DNA of 45,963 nt. Source: Gammaproteobacteria bacterium. GTDB lineage: Bacteria; Pseudomonadota; Gammaproteobacteria; Steroidobacterales; UBA11654. Numbering within the stretch: the first letter of the stretch is position 1; the number at the start of each line of letters is the position of its first letter. The DNA lies in contig DTSX01000022.1 in NCBI GenBank assembly GCA_012965065.1, positions 1 through 45,963 of the forward strand. The letters are read 5' to 3'. The notes beneath the pieces were generated by a model that ran no database searches, was not told the DNA's origin, and was given only the letters and a program-made list of their open reading frames with translations. This document shows, in pieces, positions 26,840 through 36,364 of the stretch. A program made the translations under genes and the position numbers.

Positions 26840-27347
26840 CCAAGCCTTTGGCAAAACGCTTGCCGTTGAGAATGTAGCCCTCCGCAGAATATTGAATCAT
26901 TTTTATTTCCTCATCGGTTAATTCCCGAATCACTTTGGCTGGGGATCCCATGATCAAGGAATTGTCTGGGAAGGCCTTATTTTCAGTGATCAATGAGTTG
27001 GCTCCTACTATGGAATGTTTGCCAATCACAGCATGATTCAGGATCGTGCTATTGATCCCAATAAGGCAGTGATCGCTGATGGAACAGCCATGAAGCATCA
27101 CTTTGTGACCTACAGTGACCATTTTACCGATGGTTAGGGGTGCGCCAATGTCGGTATGGAGTATGGACCCATCCTGAACATTGCTGCCTGCACCTATTTT
27201 GATGGGGTCGTTGTCGCCCCGAATGACGACGTTAAACCATATACTCACATCTTGTTCCAGCTGGACATTGCCGATAACGGTGGCATTGGGAGCGATGAAG
27301 TTTGCTTGATTGCAGTCCGGTGCGATGTTGTCGATCGAATACAGCAT
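26802..27347 (-). CDS. Gamma-carbonic-anhydrase-like / hexapeptide-repeat (LbH) family protein (YrdA/PaaY-like)
   Basis: 181 aa with left-handed beta-helix hexapeptide repeats (VIGNVQLEQDVSIWFNVVIRGD...). The 3' end overlaps tesB by 38 nt. Confidence 0.85.
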   Translation of the reverse strand: MLYSIDNIAPDCNQANFIAPNATVIGNVQLEQDVSIWFNVVIRGDNDPIKIGAGSNVQDGSILHTDIGAPLTIGKMVTVGHKVMLHGCSISDHCLIGINSTILNHAVIGKHSIVGANSLITENKAFPDNSLIMGSPAKVIRELTDEEIKMIQYSAEGYILNGKRFAKGLVNFEAASTPLET

Positions 27348-27360
27348 TTAAATTATTCTC

Positions 27361-28101
27361 TTAGGCCAATCCCTGATTTGCAACTGCTTGTGCTGCTTGC
27401 TTAATGGTTTCCGGATCCCCAATGAAGCCTTGTTTAATTGGTTTGAGGTTTTCATTAAATTCATAGGCCAGTGGTATCCCGGTGGGAATATTAAAATCCA
27501 CGATCGCTTTGTCAGAAATATTTTCAATCATTTTAACCATTGCCCTCAGACTGTTGCCGTGAGCTACGATTAGAACGTCTTGGTTGCCCAGTAAAGAGGG
27601 TATAATTTTTGTTTGCCAATATGGTTTGACCCTCAAAAGGGTGTCTTTTAAACTCTCACTGGCAGGTAAATCTGAGACACTGGCATAGCGGATCTCAAAT
27701 CTGGGGTGGCGTTCATCATCATTATTTAAAGGAGGTGGAGGCGTATCGTAGCTTCTTCTCCAAATTTGTACTTGTTCTTCTCCATATTCAGCTGCAACTT
27801 GAGATTTATTTAGGCCCTGGAGGGCACCGTAATGTCTTTCATTGAGCTCCCAAGCATTGGTGACAGGTATCCAGGTGAGACTCATTTCTTCAAGCATAAT
27901 CCACAAGGTTCTGGTAGCTCTTTTCAATACTGAGGTGTAAGCAAGATCAAAAGATAACTGTTCATGTTTGAGGGTTAAACCAGCATCTTTCGCTTCCTGC
28001 TCGCCTTTCGGTGATAGGTCGACATCTGCCCACCCAGTAAATCTATTTTCAAGATTCCACTCACTTTCACCGTGTCGACACAAAATCAATTTTCCTGCCA
28101 T
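27361..28101 (-). CDS. gpmA: 2,3-bisphosphoglycerate-dependent phosphoglycerate mutase
   Basis: 246 aa. The catalytic motif LCRHGESEWN and a later HGNSLR are present. Confidence 0.92.
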   Translation of the reverse strand: MAGKLILCRHGESEWNLENRFTGWADVDLSPKGEQEAKDAGLTLKHEQLSFDLAYTSVLKRATRTLWIMLEEMSLTWIPVTNAWELNERHYGALQGLNKSQVAAEYGEEQVQIWRRSYDTPPPPLNNDDERHPRFEIRYASVSDLPASESLKDTLLRVKPYWQTKIIPSLLGNQDVLIVAHGNSLRAMVKMIENISDKAIVDFNIPTGIPLAYEFNENLKPIKQGFIGDPETIKQAAQAVANQGLA

Positions 28102-28210
28102 TATGGCACCTTATGGTTGTTAGTTTCTGATTGCTAGTAATTCAGTTTGGATAATTTTACTCTCTCTCATCAATAAAAAACACTTGGTCAATCAAACGAC
28201 TTCAAAATAT

Positions 28211-28219
28211 TGGTAGAAT
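28211..28219 (+). promoter_or_regulatory. Candidate extended -10 element (TGgTAGAAT) for the ETF-QO gene
   Basis: TGGTAGAAT lies 27 nt upstream of the ATG at 28246 in an AT-rich 144-nt divergent region. No convincing -35 was seen. Confidence 0.3.
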
Positions 28220-28245
28220 AACACTCAAACTAATTGTGAATTGTT

Positions 28246-29898
28246 ATGGCTGTAGAACGTGAATCAATGGAATTTGATGTAGTGATAGTCGGTGCAGGAC
28301 CCTCTGGGTTAAGTGCGTCAATAAAATTAATGCAGCTGTCTGAACAGCAAGGACTTGATTTGAATATTTGCGTGCTTGAAAAGAGCTCTGATATTGGTTC
28401 TCACATTATCTCTGGTGCGGTTGTAGAAACGCATGCACTGGATGAATTGTTGCCAGATTGGGAGGCGAGTGATGCTTTTATCAGAGCGCCAGTTACAAGG
28501 GATCAGATGTCTTTTTTGATCAATCAAACAGCGAGCATTGGTATACCTTCTTTCCTGATCCCCACGGCCATGAATAACCATGGTAATTCCATTATTAGTC
28601 TGGGTTCACTGTGTCGATGGTTGGCATCTAAAGCTGAAGCCCTGGGAGTGAATATTTTCCCTGGGTTTCCTGCTGTTGATTTCCTCGAAGAAGAGGGGAG
28701 CGTTGCCGGCGTAATCTCGGGAGATATGGGTCTAAGCAGGGAGGGCCAACCAAAAGACGGATACGAACCTGGTTACGAGCTCAGAGCAAAATACACCGTA
28801 CTCTCTGAAGGTTGCAGAGGCAATCTGGGTAAAAAATTAATCAAACGATTCAAATTGGACGCAGATTCTGACCCTCAGCATTATGGTATTGGTTTCAAAG
28901 AAATTTGGGCCGTTGACCCAGAGAAGCATGAAGAAGGTTTGGTTCTGCACACCGCAGGCTGGCCTTTGGATTCAAGAACTGAAGGCGGAGGATTTGTCTA
29001 CCACGCTCCAAATCATCAACTCTATCTGGGCCTCATCGTTTCCTTGGATTACCAAAATCCATACCTCGATCCCTTTGGTGAATTCCAGAAATGGAAACTG
29101 CATCCAAAAATTAATAATCTTCTCGTGGGAGCTGAACGAGTTTCCTATGGCGCAAGAGCTGTGAACAAAGGAGGATTGCAATCTCTTCCCAAGTTGACCT
29201 TTCCCGGTGGGCTTTTGGTTGGTTGCGACGCAGGATTTCTCAACGGTGCAAAAATCAAAGGCACTCACACCGCAATGAAGTCAGGGATGTTAGCTGCAGA
29301 ATCCATAGCCCAGTCGTTTGCTGAAGAGAGCCCGGAAGCTGAGTTGGTCGATTATCAAAAATCCGTTGAAGAATCCTGGATTTATAAAGAACTTCACTTG
29401 GCTAGAAATTTTTCACCTGCACAGAAGAAGTTTGGTCTCTATCTCGGTTCTGTATTTATCTGGTTGGATCAGAATATTTTTAAAGGACGATTGCCGATTA
29501 CACTTCGCGTTTCAGAACCAGACCATGCAAAGTTAAAGGAAGCATCCAAGTTAATCCCAATCGAGTATCCTAAACCCGATGGAACATTTACTTTTGATCG
29601 ATCCTCTTCAATATATTTGTCTGGGGTTGCTCACGAAGAAGATCAGCCTTGCCATCTTCATTTGATTGATTCAGAGATTCCCATACAAACCAATCTCCCA
29701 AAATACGGCGAACCTGCCAGACTGTATTGTCCTGCTGGGGTTTATGAAGTGCTTGAAAGCAGTGACGGCTCGATGAGATTTCAAATCAATGCCCAAAATT
29801 GCATTCATTGCAAGACCTGTGATATCAAAGATCCCAGTCAAAATATTCAGTGGGAGTGTCCGGAAGGGGGCGGGGGACCCAATTACACTGATATGTAA
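28246..29898 (+). CDS. Electron-transfer flavoprotein:ubiquinone oxidoreductase (ETF-QO)
   Basis: 550 aa. The N-terminal FAD fold DVVIVGAGPSGLSA and the C-terminal 4Fe-4S motif CIHCKTCDIKDP are present. Length and end (GGGPNYTDM) are typical. Confidence 0.92.
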   Translation: MAVERESMEFDVVIVGAGPSGLSASIKLMQLSEQQGLDLNICVLEKSSDIGSHIISGAVVETHALDELLPDWEASDAFIRAPVTRDQMSFLINQTASIGIPSFLIPTAMNNHGNSIISLGSLCRWLASKAEALGVNIFPGFPAVDFLEEEGSVAGVISGDMGLSREGQPKDGYEPGYELRAKYTVLSEGCRGNLGKKLIKRFKLDADSDPQHYGIGFKEIWAVDPEKHEEGLVLHTAGWPLDSRTEGGGFVYHAPNHQLYLGLIVSLDYQNPYLDPFGEFQKWKLHPKINNLLVGAERVSYGARAVNKGGLQSLPKLTFPGGLLVGCDAGFLNGAKIKGTHTAMKSGMLAAESIAQSFAEESPEAELVDYQKSVEESWIYKELHLARNFSPAQKKFGLYLGSVFIWLDQNIFKGRLPITLRVSEPDHAKLKEASKLIPIEYPKPDGTFTFDRSSSIYLSGVAHEEDQPCHLHLIDSEIPIQTNLPKYGEPARLYCPAGVYEVLESSDGSMRFQINAQNCIHCKTCDIKDPSQNIQWECPEGGGGPNYTDM

Positions 29899-30016
29899 TG
29901 CAATCTTTTCGTTTAAAAATACTGTCTTTTGATGCTTTTCTTTCAATGCGGTATCTGATAACGTGCGCTATAGTCCAGGTTACTAACTGATCATAGGACA
30001 CAGGGGGATACAAGCT

Positions 30017-30844
30017 ATGCTTGAAGGAAAACAACCAAGAAATACTCCAGTCTGGGTGGCAGTCGTTCTAGGAACATTGATGACCGCTAATTTTTCCTTT
30101 TCACAAGAAACAACAGAGACAGAAATAATCCTTCCTGACCCAATTGAGATTCTGGATGATACTTTGTTTGTTCAAAGAAGCTCAGATCTTGGCTCTAAAG
30201 ATTCTCAAATAATTGTCAGCAATCTGTCCGATGAAAGGCAAGGTCTACTTGGTCAATATCGCCTAGTACTGCAACAGATAGACCGGTTGATTGCCTACAA
30301 TGACTACGTTGAACGACTCATTGTCGATCAAGAAGCTCAAATAACAGACATCAGAAAACAACTTGATCAGTTTGCATTGATCGAACGTGGGATTGTTCCA
30401 TTGATGCTCGACAGTATTGATATATTGGACAAATTTATTGATTTGGATGTGCCGTTCTTGTTGGAAGAACGTAAAGCTAGGGTGGCAAGGTTGAGAACAA
30501 TTATGGATTTATCCGACGTTACCGTCTCAGAAAAATACCGTCAAATTATGGATGCCTATCAGATTGAAACAACCTATGGCCGTGACATCGAAGCCTACAC
30601 AGGATTGTTGGAAATTGATGGAGAAAGTCGACAGGTTGACTTTCTTAGGATAGGCAGAACTTCACTCACTTATCAGACCCCAGATCAGGAGGAAACGGGT
30701 TTTTGGAACAAACAAGCTGGGCAATGGGAAAAATTACCGAACAAATACCAAAACTATGTGACCCAAGGACTCAGAGTTGCGAGAAAACAGGTCACGCCCA
30801 ATCTTCTTGAGTTGCCCATTGAGGCACCTGGAGAGGGGAGATGA
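30017..30844 (+). CDS. DUF3450-type periplasmic coiled-coil protein of TonB2/Ttp-like systems (TtpB-like)
   Basis: 275 aa with a signal peptide and heptad-rich sequence. It holds the first position in the cluster, and its stop overlaps the next start (ATGA). Confidence 0.65.
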   Translation: MLEGKQPRNTPVWVAVVLGTLMTANFSFSQETTETEIILPDPIEILDDTLFVQRSSDLGSKDSQIIVSNLSDERQGLLGQYRLVLQQIDRLIAYNDYVERLIVDQEAQITDIRKQLDQFALIERGIVPLMLDSIDILDKFIDLDVPFLLEERKARVARLRTIMDLSDVTVSEKYRQIMDAYQIETTYGRDIEAYTGLLEIDGESRQVDFLRIGRTSLTYQTPDQEETGFWNKQAGQWEKLPNKYQNYVTQGLRVARKQVTPNLLELPIEAPGEGR

Positions 30845-32247
30845 CCATTACAAGTACCAGACTGATTATTTCTTTCCTGTTATTTATTTTAACGATAAGT
30901 GTGCAGCTGAATGCACAGGAAGAGCAGGAATTTCCTACCGATCCAGTTATGAGCGAAAAACTCAAAAATATCCAGACTTTAGAGCAATTGCTAGAAATAA
31001 CTGAAAATGACAGGCAAGCAAGCGGTGTCATCAACGATCAAAGAGAGCAAAAATTCTTAGCTGCAAGAGACCGGCAAAAATTCCTTTTGGAACAGGCAGT
31101 AGCACGCTTGGATCAAGAGGAAAAACGAAGCGTCCGATTGCAGAAACAATTTGAAGAGAATGAAAAGACCTTAGAGGATATTCAAGAAACATTGAGAATA
31201 CGCATCGGTAATTTTGGTGAATTATTTGGGGTTGTGAGGCAGGTTGCCGGTGAAACAATTGCAATCGTTAAAAACTCAATCGTTTCCTTGCAATTCCCAA
31301 ATAGAGAAAAAAACCTTACTGGCTTGGCAGAGGCCAGAGGCATACCTTCGATTGAGCAGATGCATGATCTCAGGGTTGAATTGCTCAGAGAAATGAGCCA
31401 ATCAGGCCAAGTTCAACGGTTCCAAAAACAGGTGGTACTTCCAGGTGGTTCCATTGTAGATGCCGAAATTGTAAGGGTCGGAGTTTTTAATGCAATTACA
31501 GAGAATTTCTTTCTCCAATTTGTCCCAGATACACAAAGTTTGCAAGTGCTCGCCAGACAGCCTGCTCGGCGGTATCAATCAATGGCCAAGGATCTTTTTG
31601 CACTGGATGCTGGTTATACCACCATGGCAGTTGACCCAAGCCGTGGACAAATTTTAAGTCTATTAATCCAAGCGCCTGGCCTTGCCGAGAGAATCAATCA
31701 AGGAGGATTGGTTGGCTACTTCATTATTTTTATTGGCTTACTTGGCTTGGCATTGTCCCTATGGCGCCTCCTTATTCTCCGTCAAGACGGTCAGGCCATT
31801 AATCAACAATTAACTACTGATATTGTCTCTCAAGACAATGCCTTGGGAAGGATTTTATCCGTCCACAATGAGCACGATGCAATGGACACAGAATCATTGG
31901 AGCTGAAGATCGATGAAGCAATCCTAAAGGAAGTTCCCAAACTGGAAAAATACCACAGCATCATCAAAGTATTTGCTGCTATAGCTCCGTTGTTGGGTCT
32001 TTTGGGAACAGTAGTAGGCATGATTGTGACTTTCCAAGCGTTGACACTTTTTGGAACAGGAGATCCTAAACTGATGGCAGGTGGAATTTCCCAAGCTCTT
32101 GTGACAACTATGTTGGGTTTAATTGTGGCAATACCCTTGGTTTTTTTGCATAGCGTTTTAACCAGTTGGAGTGGTACTTTGATCGAGGTGCTTGAGGAAC
32201 AAAGCGCGGGCCTGATTGCAAGACATGCTGAACGGCCAAACCTATAA
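30841..32247 (+). CDS. Large MotA/TolQ/ExbB proton-channel family protein (TtpC-like)
   Basis: 468 aa with a signal peptide and a long periplasmic coiled-coil region. The C-terminal ExbB-type TM bundle carries LLGLLGTVVGMI and GGISQALVTTMLGL. Confidence 0.8.
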   Translation: MTITSTRLIISFLLFILTISVQLNAQEEQEFPTDPVMSEKLKNIQTLEQLLEITENDRQASGVINDQREQKFLAARDRQKFLLEQAVARLDQEEKRSVRLQKQFEENEKTLEDIQETLRIRIGNFGELFGVVRQVAGETIAIVKNSIVSLQFPNREKNLTGLAEARGIPSIEQMHDLRVELLREMSQSGQVQRFQKQVVLPGGSIVDAEIVRVGVFNAITENFFLQFVPDTQSLQVLARQPARRYQSMAKDLFALDAGYTTMAVDPSRGQILSLLIQAPGLAERINQGGLVGYFIIFIGLLGLALSLWRLLILRQDGQAINQQLTTDIVSQDNALGRILSVHNEHDAMDTESLELKIDEAILKEVPKLEKYHSIIKVFAAIAPLLGLLGTVVGMIVTFQALTLFGTGDPKLMAGGISQALVTTMLGLIVAIPLVFLHSVLTSWSGTLIEVLEEQSAGLIARHAERPNL

Positions 32248-32252
32248 ATACC

Positions 32253-32777
32253 ATGAATATTTTTAGCGATATTTATATCGCAATACGCAGTTTCTTTGAA
32301 ATAGGCGGTCCGGTGCTGTGGGGCATATTAATGGTCACAATTATCATGTGGACGCTGATTATCGAACGATTCTGGTTTTTTCGCTATGTACTTCCAGAAC
32401 GAGTTAAAAAGACGTCCAGCCAATGGCAATCAAGAAACGAAACTCAAACTTGGTATTCAAGTAAGATCAAGGATCAGTTGATATCAGAAATATCGGTCGA
32501 CACGCACCGTTTTATTTTAACCATAGAAACAATGATGCAGATTTTGCCTCTCCTGGGTTTGCTCGGGACCGTTGTCGGTATGATCAAGGTTTTTGATGTA
32601 ATGACTTTTTTTGGGACTGGAAACGCAAGGTTAATGGCAAGTGGAATATCCCAAGCGACCATACCGACGATGGCAGGCTTGGTGGCAGCAATTTCTGGAT
32701 TGTACATTGCCAATTTGCTGAAACGAAGAGCGGATGTTGAAGTTGCAAAAGTTACGGATCTTTTGGTCAATGAATAA
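32253..32777 (+). CDS. exbB: ExbB/TolQ-family proton channel
   Basis: 174 aa with three TM segments. Motifs LLGLLGTVVGMI and SGISQATIPTMAGL are present. Confidence 0.85.
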   Translation: MNIFSDIYIAIRSFFEIGGPVLWGILMVTIIMWTLIIERFWFFRYVLPERVKKTSSQWQSRNETQTWYSSKIKDQLISEISVDTHRFILTIETMMQILPLLGLLGTVVGMIKVFDVMTFFGTGNARLMASGISQATIPTMAGLVAAISGLYIANLLKRRADVEVAKVTDLLVNE

Positions 32778-32783
32778 GTTGGC

Positions 32784-33185
32784 ATGAAAAGAAAATACAA
32801 AAGAAAAAAAGATGAAAGTGAAATCAATATCACGCCTTTGCTTGATATAGTTTTTATCATGCTGATTTTTTTTATTGTGACCACTTCTTTCGTCAAGGAA
32901 ATTTCATTGGATGTCAATCGCCCGACTAAATCACCGGTAAAGGAACAAAAAAGATCGGAAGTGATATCGGTTCGGATTTCAGCTGAAGGCCAGATTTTTG
33001 TCCAGGAAAGACTTGTGGATATTGCTGCAGTTCGGGCAAATATTGAATCAAATTTAGCCATTAAACCCAGTGCTTCTGTGGTTATTGTATCCGACCGTGA
33101 TGCCGATGCTGGTTTTTTGGTTAAAGTGATCGATCAATCTCGTTTGGCTGGGGCAAAAAATGTCTCGTTGGCAGCACAGAAATAA
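32784..33185 (+). CDS. exbD: ExbD/TolR-family protein (copy 1)
   Basis: 133 aa. The motif SEINITPLLDIVFIMLIFFIV is followed by a periplasmic domain. Confidence 0.88.
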   Translation: MKRKYKRKKDESEINITPLLDIVFIMLIFFIVTTSFVKEISLDVNRPTKSPVKEQKRSEVISVRISAEGQIFVQERLVDIAAVRANIESNLAIKPSASVVIVSDRDADAGFLVKVIDQSRLAGAKNVSLAAQK

Positions 33186-33187
33186 TC

Positions 33188-33589
33188 ATGTTAAGGAAAA
33201 AAAGAAGAGAGGAAGAGGAAAGCGAGATCAATATAACGCCAATGATGGATATTGTGTTCATTATGTTGATCTTCTTTATCGTAACCACGTCATTTATCAA
33301 AGAAACAGGAATAAATCCCAATCGTCCAGAAGCAGAAACGGCGATTCGAGCCGAACAGGGCAATATTCTCATAGCGATTTCTCCCAGCGATCAAATTTGG
33401 ATGAACAAGCGCCCCATTGAATTGGAGGCGGTAAAAATCATGATAGAGGCAGCACACGCTGAGAACCCTGAAAGCAGCGTGGTTATAGTTGCTGATGAAT
33501 TAGCCTCAACCGGCTTGGTTTTGGATGTGATGGATCAAATCCGATCGAGCGGTATCTCTAAAATATCCTTATCTGCACGGAAAAAATAA
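33188..33589 (+). CDS. exbD: ExbD/TolR-family protein (copy 2, paralogue of 32784-33185)
   Basis: 133 aa. The motif SEINITPMMDIVFIMLIFFIV has a TM core identical to copy 1. Confidence 0.88.
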   Translation: MLRKKRREEEESEINITPMMDIVFIMLIFFIVTTSFIKETGINPNRPEAETAIRAEQGNILIAISPSDQIWMNKRPIELEAVKIMIEAAHAENPESSVVIVADELASTGLVLDVMDQIRSSGISKISLSARKK

Positions 33590-33598
33590 AGGCGAAGC

Positions 33599-34258
33599 AT
33601 GGCTGCCATTTCTCTTAGTTTAAAACCGCAGCTGAGGTACTTGTCCGCATTAATTCTCGGTGTATTGATCTCACTTGGACTGTTTTTTTTAATGCAATCC
33701 CTAATCGACTCCGGTGAGCAAAATAAAAATGCCTCATCTGAAGGGCAGATTATGGAATTCATCAGAATCAGGGAAGATGAGACACTGAGTATTAAGGACC
33801 GAAGGAAACCACAGAAACCAAAGCCCCCCAAAGAGCCCCCACCGCCACCCAAACTGATAGTTGAGAAACAAGTAAAACCTACGATGAACAGAATAAAGAT
33901 CGAAATACCCAACATAGATTTACCCAGCATCGCAGGAGGAGGACCATTTTTAGGCAACTGGGCAGGCAATCCTTTGGCAGAAGGCGATGTCTTGCCCATT
34001 GTCAGGATAGACCCCCAGTGGCCCCGAGAAGCTCTTATTGAAGGCATAGAGGGGTATGTTGTGGTTGAGGTAACCATTGGTGCGGATGGTTCCGTGAAGG
34101 ATGTGCGTGTGATTCAAGCTGAGCCAAAAAGAGTGTTTGACAGGAATGTAATCAGAGCTGTTTTAAAGTGGAAATTCAAACCCAGAATTATCAATGGGGT
34201 GCCGGTTGAAAGAAAAGCAATCCAAATGCTGGAGTTTACACTCGATGACTTTAATTAA
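33599..34258 (+). CDS. tonB: Energy transducer TonB
   Basis: 219 aa with an N-terminal TM anchor, the Pro/Lys-rich spacer KPQKPKPPKEPPPPPK, and a C-terminal TonB domain (PQWPREALIEGIEGYVVVEVTIGADGSVKDVRV). Confidence 0.88.
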   Translation: MAAISLSLKPQLRYLSALILGVLISLGLFFLMQSLIDSGEQNKNASSEGQIMEFIRIREDETLSIKDRRKPQKPKPPKEPPPPPKLIVEKQVKPTMNRIKIEIPNIDLPSIAGGGPFLGNWAGNPLAEGDVLPIVRIDPQWPREALIEGIEGYVVVEVTIGADGSVKDVRVIQAEPKRVFDRNVIRAVLKWKFKPRIINGVPVERKAIQMLEFTLDDFN

Positions 34259-34265
34259 TACAACA

Positions 34266-35561
34266 ATGACATCCGTTTTGCACAATAAAACAATACATGC
34301 CTTAGCACTTTCAATGTTATGGAGCACAGTTTTTTTAGGGATTACAGAGACATTCTCGGCAGAGAAATTACCCAGTTACCATCCATTAACAGAAGAGAGA
34401 ACCGCCCTTGAGAGAAGAAGCACTGCACCGCAAATGAATTACAACGTTAACAAGAAATTCGAAAGCGTTGCTGAACGATTCGGCAATGGTGATCTGGAAG
34501 GTGCAATGAAGAGTTTGCAATCCATGCTCAACTGGAACATTAACGACTACGAGAGAGCAGTTATCTATCAATTTATGGGGTTTGTATACGTACAACAGAA
34601 CAACATTGATATGGCAATTGAAGTATTCAGAAAGTGCACCGACCTCGACATATTGTCGACATCCCAACATCAAAGCACGGTCTTTAATTTAGCAAGCCTG
34701 TACGGGTCGAGAGAAGATTGGGACTCGACAATCAGCAGGTTGATGCAGTGGTTTAAATACGCATCTGACCCAGTGGCAGAAGCTTATATTATGATGGGTA
34801 TAGCGTATTTTCAGAAAGGCGATCCATTGACGGCACTTCCTTACATCCATATTGCCAATATTAAATCCAAAAAACCCCAAGAAAGCTGGCACCAGTTGGA
34901 ATTAGCAATCTTATTTTTAAACAAACGTTTTGAAGCAGCGGTCGAAATTCTCAAAAGAATGGCCACCTATTGGCCAGACAAGGAAAAGTACTGGGAAACC
35001 ATGGCGGGCGCTTACATGGAATTGCAGAAAGATCCTGATGCTCTTTCGGCATTGACACTTGGCTACAAAAATAACGCAATCAGCAAGAAAGAAACCCTTG
35101 AGAACCTTGCTCGATTAAGCCTATATTTAGAGATTCCATACCAGGCAGCCACGATAGTCGAAGAAAACATCAATAACGGCTCACTGGAGAAGAACGAGAA
35201 AAACTTGAAATTATTACTTGGTGCTTGGACCGCTGCTAGAGAGTTTGATCAGGCCATCGAGGTTATCAATGTTTTGGCACCCATGATCAATGATGGAGAC
35301 CTATACATTCAAAAAGCCATGTTGCTGAATGAAAAGGGAGACTGGGAAGGCATAAAACTGGCGGCAAGCCAGGCTTTAAATACTGGCAATTTGAAAAAAC
35401 CTGGAGATATTTACATCCTTATGGGTATGGCACAAACGGAATTAGAGGAATACGTCCAGGCCATCAACTCTTTTGAAAAAGCCGTTGAATTGGGTACCGA
35501 TGGCAATAAAAGAAATGCCGAAGCCTGGATTGAATACGTCACCGATCGAAAAGGAAGTTAA
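34266..35561 (+). CDS. Tetratricopeptide-repeat protein of the TonB2/Ttp-like cluster (TtpD-like)
   Basis: About 431 aa from the ATG at 34266, which sits just after the tonB stop. It has a signal peptide and repeated TPR-like helices. The ORF-track start at 34194 would overlap tonB. Confidence 0.65.
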   Translation: MTSVLHNKTIHALALSMLWSTVFLGITETFSAEKLPSYHPLTEERTALERRSTAPQMNYNVNKKFESVAERFGNGDLEGAMKSLQSMLNWNINDYERAVIYQFMGFVYVQQNNIDMAIEVFRKCTDLDILSTSQHQSTVFNLASLYGSREDWDSTISRLMQWFKYASDPVAEAYIMMGIAYFQKGDPLTALPYIHIANIKSKKPQESWHQLELAILFLNKRFEAAVEILKRMATYWPDKEKYWETMAGAYMELQKDPDALSALTLGYKNNAISKKETLENLARLSLYLEIPYQAATIVEENINNGSLEKNEKNLKLLLGAWTAAREFDQAIEVINVLAPMINDGDLYIQKAMLLNEKGDWEGIKLAASQALNTGNLKKPGDIYILMGMAQTELEEYVQAINSFEKAVELGTDGNKRNAEAWIEYVTDRKGS

Positions 35562-35562
35562 A

Positions 35563-36291
35563 TCAAGGAAATGACTTTTCTTTCAAATCAGGCTCATTAA
35601 TTTCGCCTAGCATCAAACTACGCGATTTTTCAGCAATCCCTTCAGCCCCGTTGTCAACATCTTTGGCGTATATGGGTGGGAAAATGGTGATGGTGAGGGG
35701 AACTTTGCTCGGCCACCAAATTTCTGATCGGAGCATTTGCCGGGTTCCACTGATTGCAACCGGTATGACTGGTATATCGTTTTTTACAGCGGTGACGAAA
35801 GCACCCAACTTAAATTTTCCCAACCCATCTTCTGCATAAAAAGTCCCTTCAGGGAAAAAAATAATCGAATCCAATTCTTGGCTGCTGGTCATAATCCGTC
35901 TTATGTCTTGGGCGCCCTTTCTTGCGTTAAATCTGTCTACCAAATGTGTACCCAATTTTCTTACGATATAACCAAGAAAGGGAACGTGTTTCAGTTCCCT
36001 TTTCGCAACGTAGGCATATTGAGGAGGCAGCACCGCACTCAATATTATAGGATCTATGTAACTGGCATGATTGGCAACGAGAATTGATGAAGCATCGGTA
36101 AGATTTTCATAGCCTTTAACACGGACTTTAAAGCGCAGTACTTTAAGAATTATGGTTACCCCTTTTTTGGCTATCAAACGAGTGGTTCGAACATTAGAAG
36201 TGAAAGGAAAGCAGAGAATAATACCCAAGACTACAATCAGAAAAACAAGCCAGGCCCAGAAGCCGAAGAAATATGCGTTCAGTACTTTCAC
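35563..36291 (-). CDS. Lysophospholipid (1-acyl-sn-glycerol-3-phosphate) acyltransferase family protein
   Basis: Acyltransferase motifs NHASYIDP (HX4D) and FPEGT and an N-terminal TM helix are present. The GTG at 36291 is preferred. The TTG at 36351 would leave only 13 nt before xerD. Confidence 0.8.
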   Translation of the reverse strand: MKVLNAYFFGFWAWLVFLIVVLGIILCFPFTSNVRTTRLIAKKGVTIILKVLRFKVRVKGYENLTDASSILVANHASYIDPIILSAVLPPQYAYVAKRELKHVPFLGYIVRKLGTHLVDRFNARKGAQDIRRIMTSSQELDSIIFFPEGTFYAEDGLGKFKLGAFVTAVKNDIPVIPVAISGTRQMLRSEIWWPSKVPLTITIFPPIYAKDVDNGAEGIAEKSRSLMLGEINEPDLKEKSFP

Positions 36292-36364
36292 AGCAAATTT
36301 TTTGGATTTTTTATGGTAAAACGTCCTATTCTTATAGGCTATGATACACAATCATTGAAGAACT

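Noticed and set aside
29899-30016. Fur box upstream of the TonB2-like cluster
   Set aside because: Only fragments such as TCTGATAAC and TGATCAT are present. There is no 19-bp palindrome resembling the Fur consensus.
32474-34077. 195-aa and 180-aa antisense ORFs across exbB-exbD-exbD-tonB
   Set aside because: They sit opposite well-supported ExbB, ExbD and TonB frames. The Gly/Pro runs in the antisense frame simply mirror the TonB Pro-rich linker.
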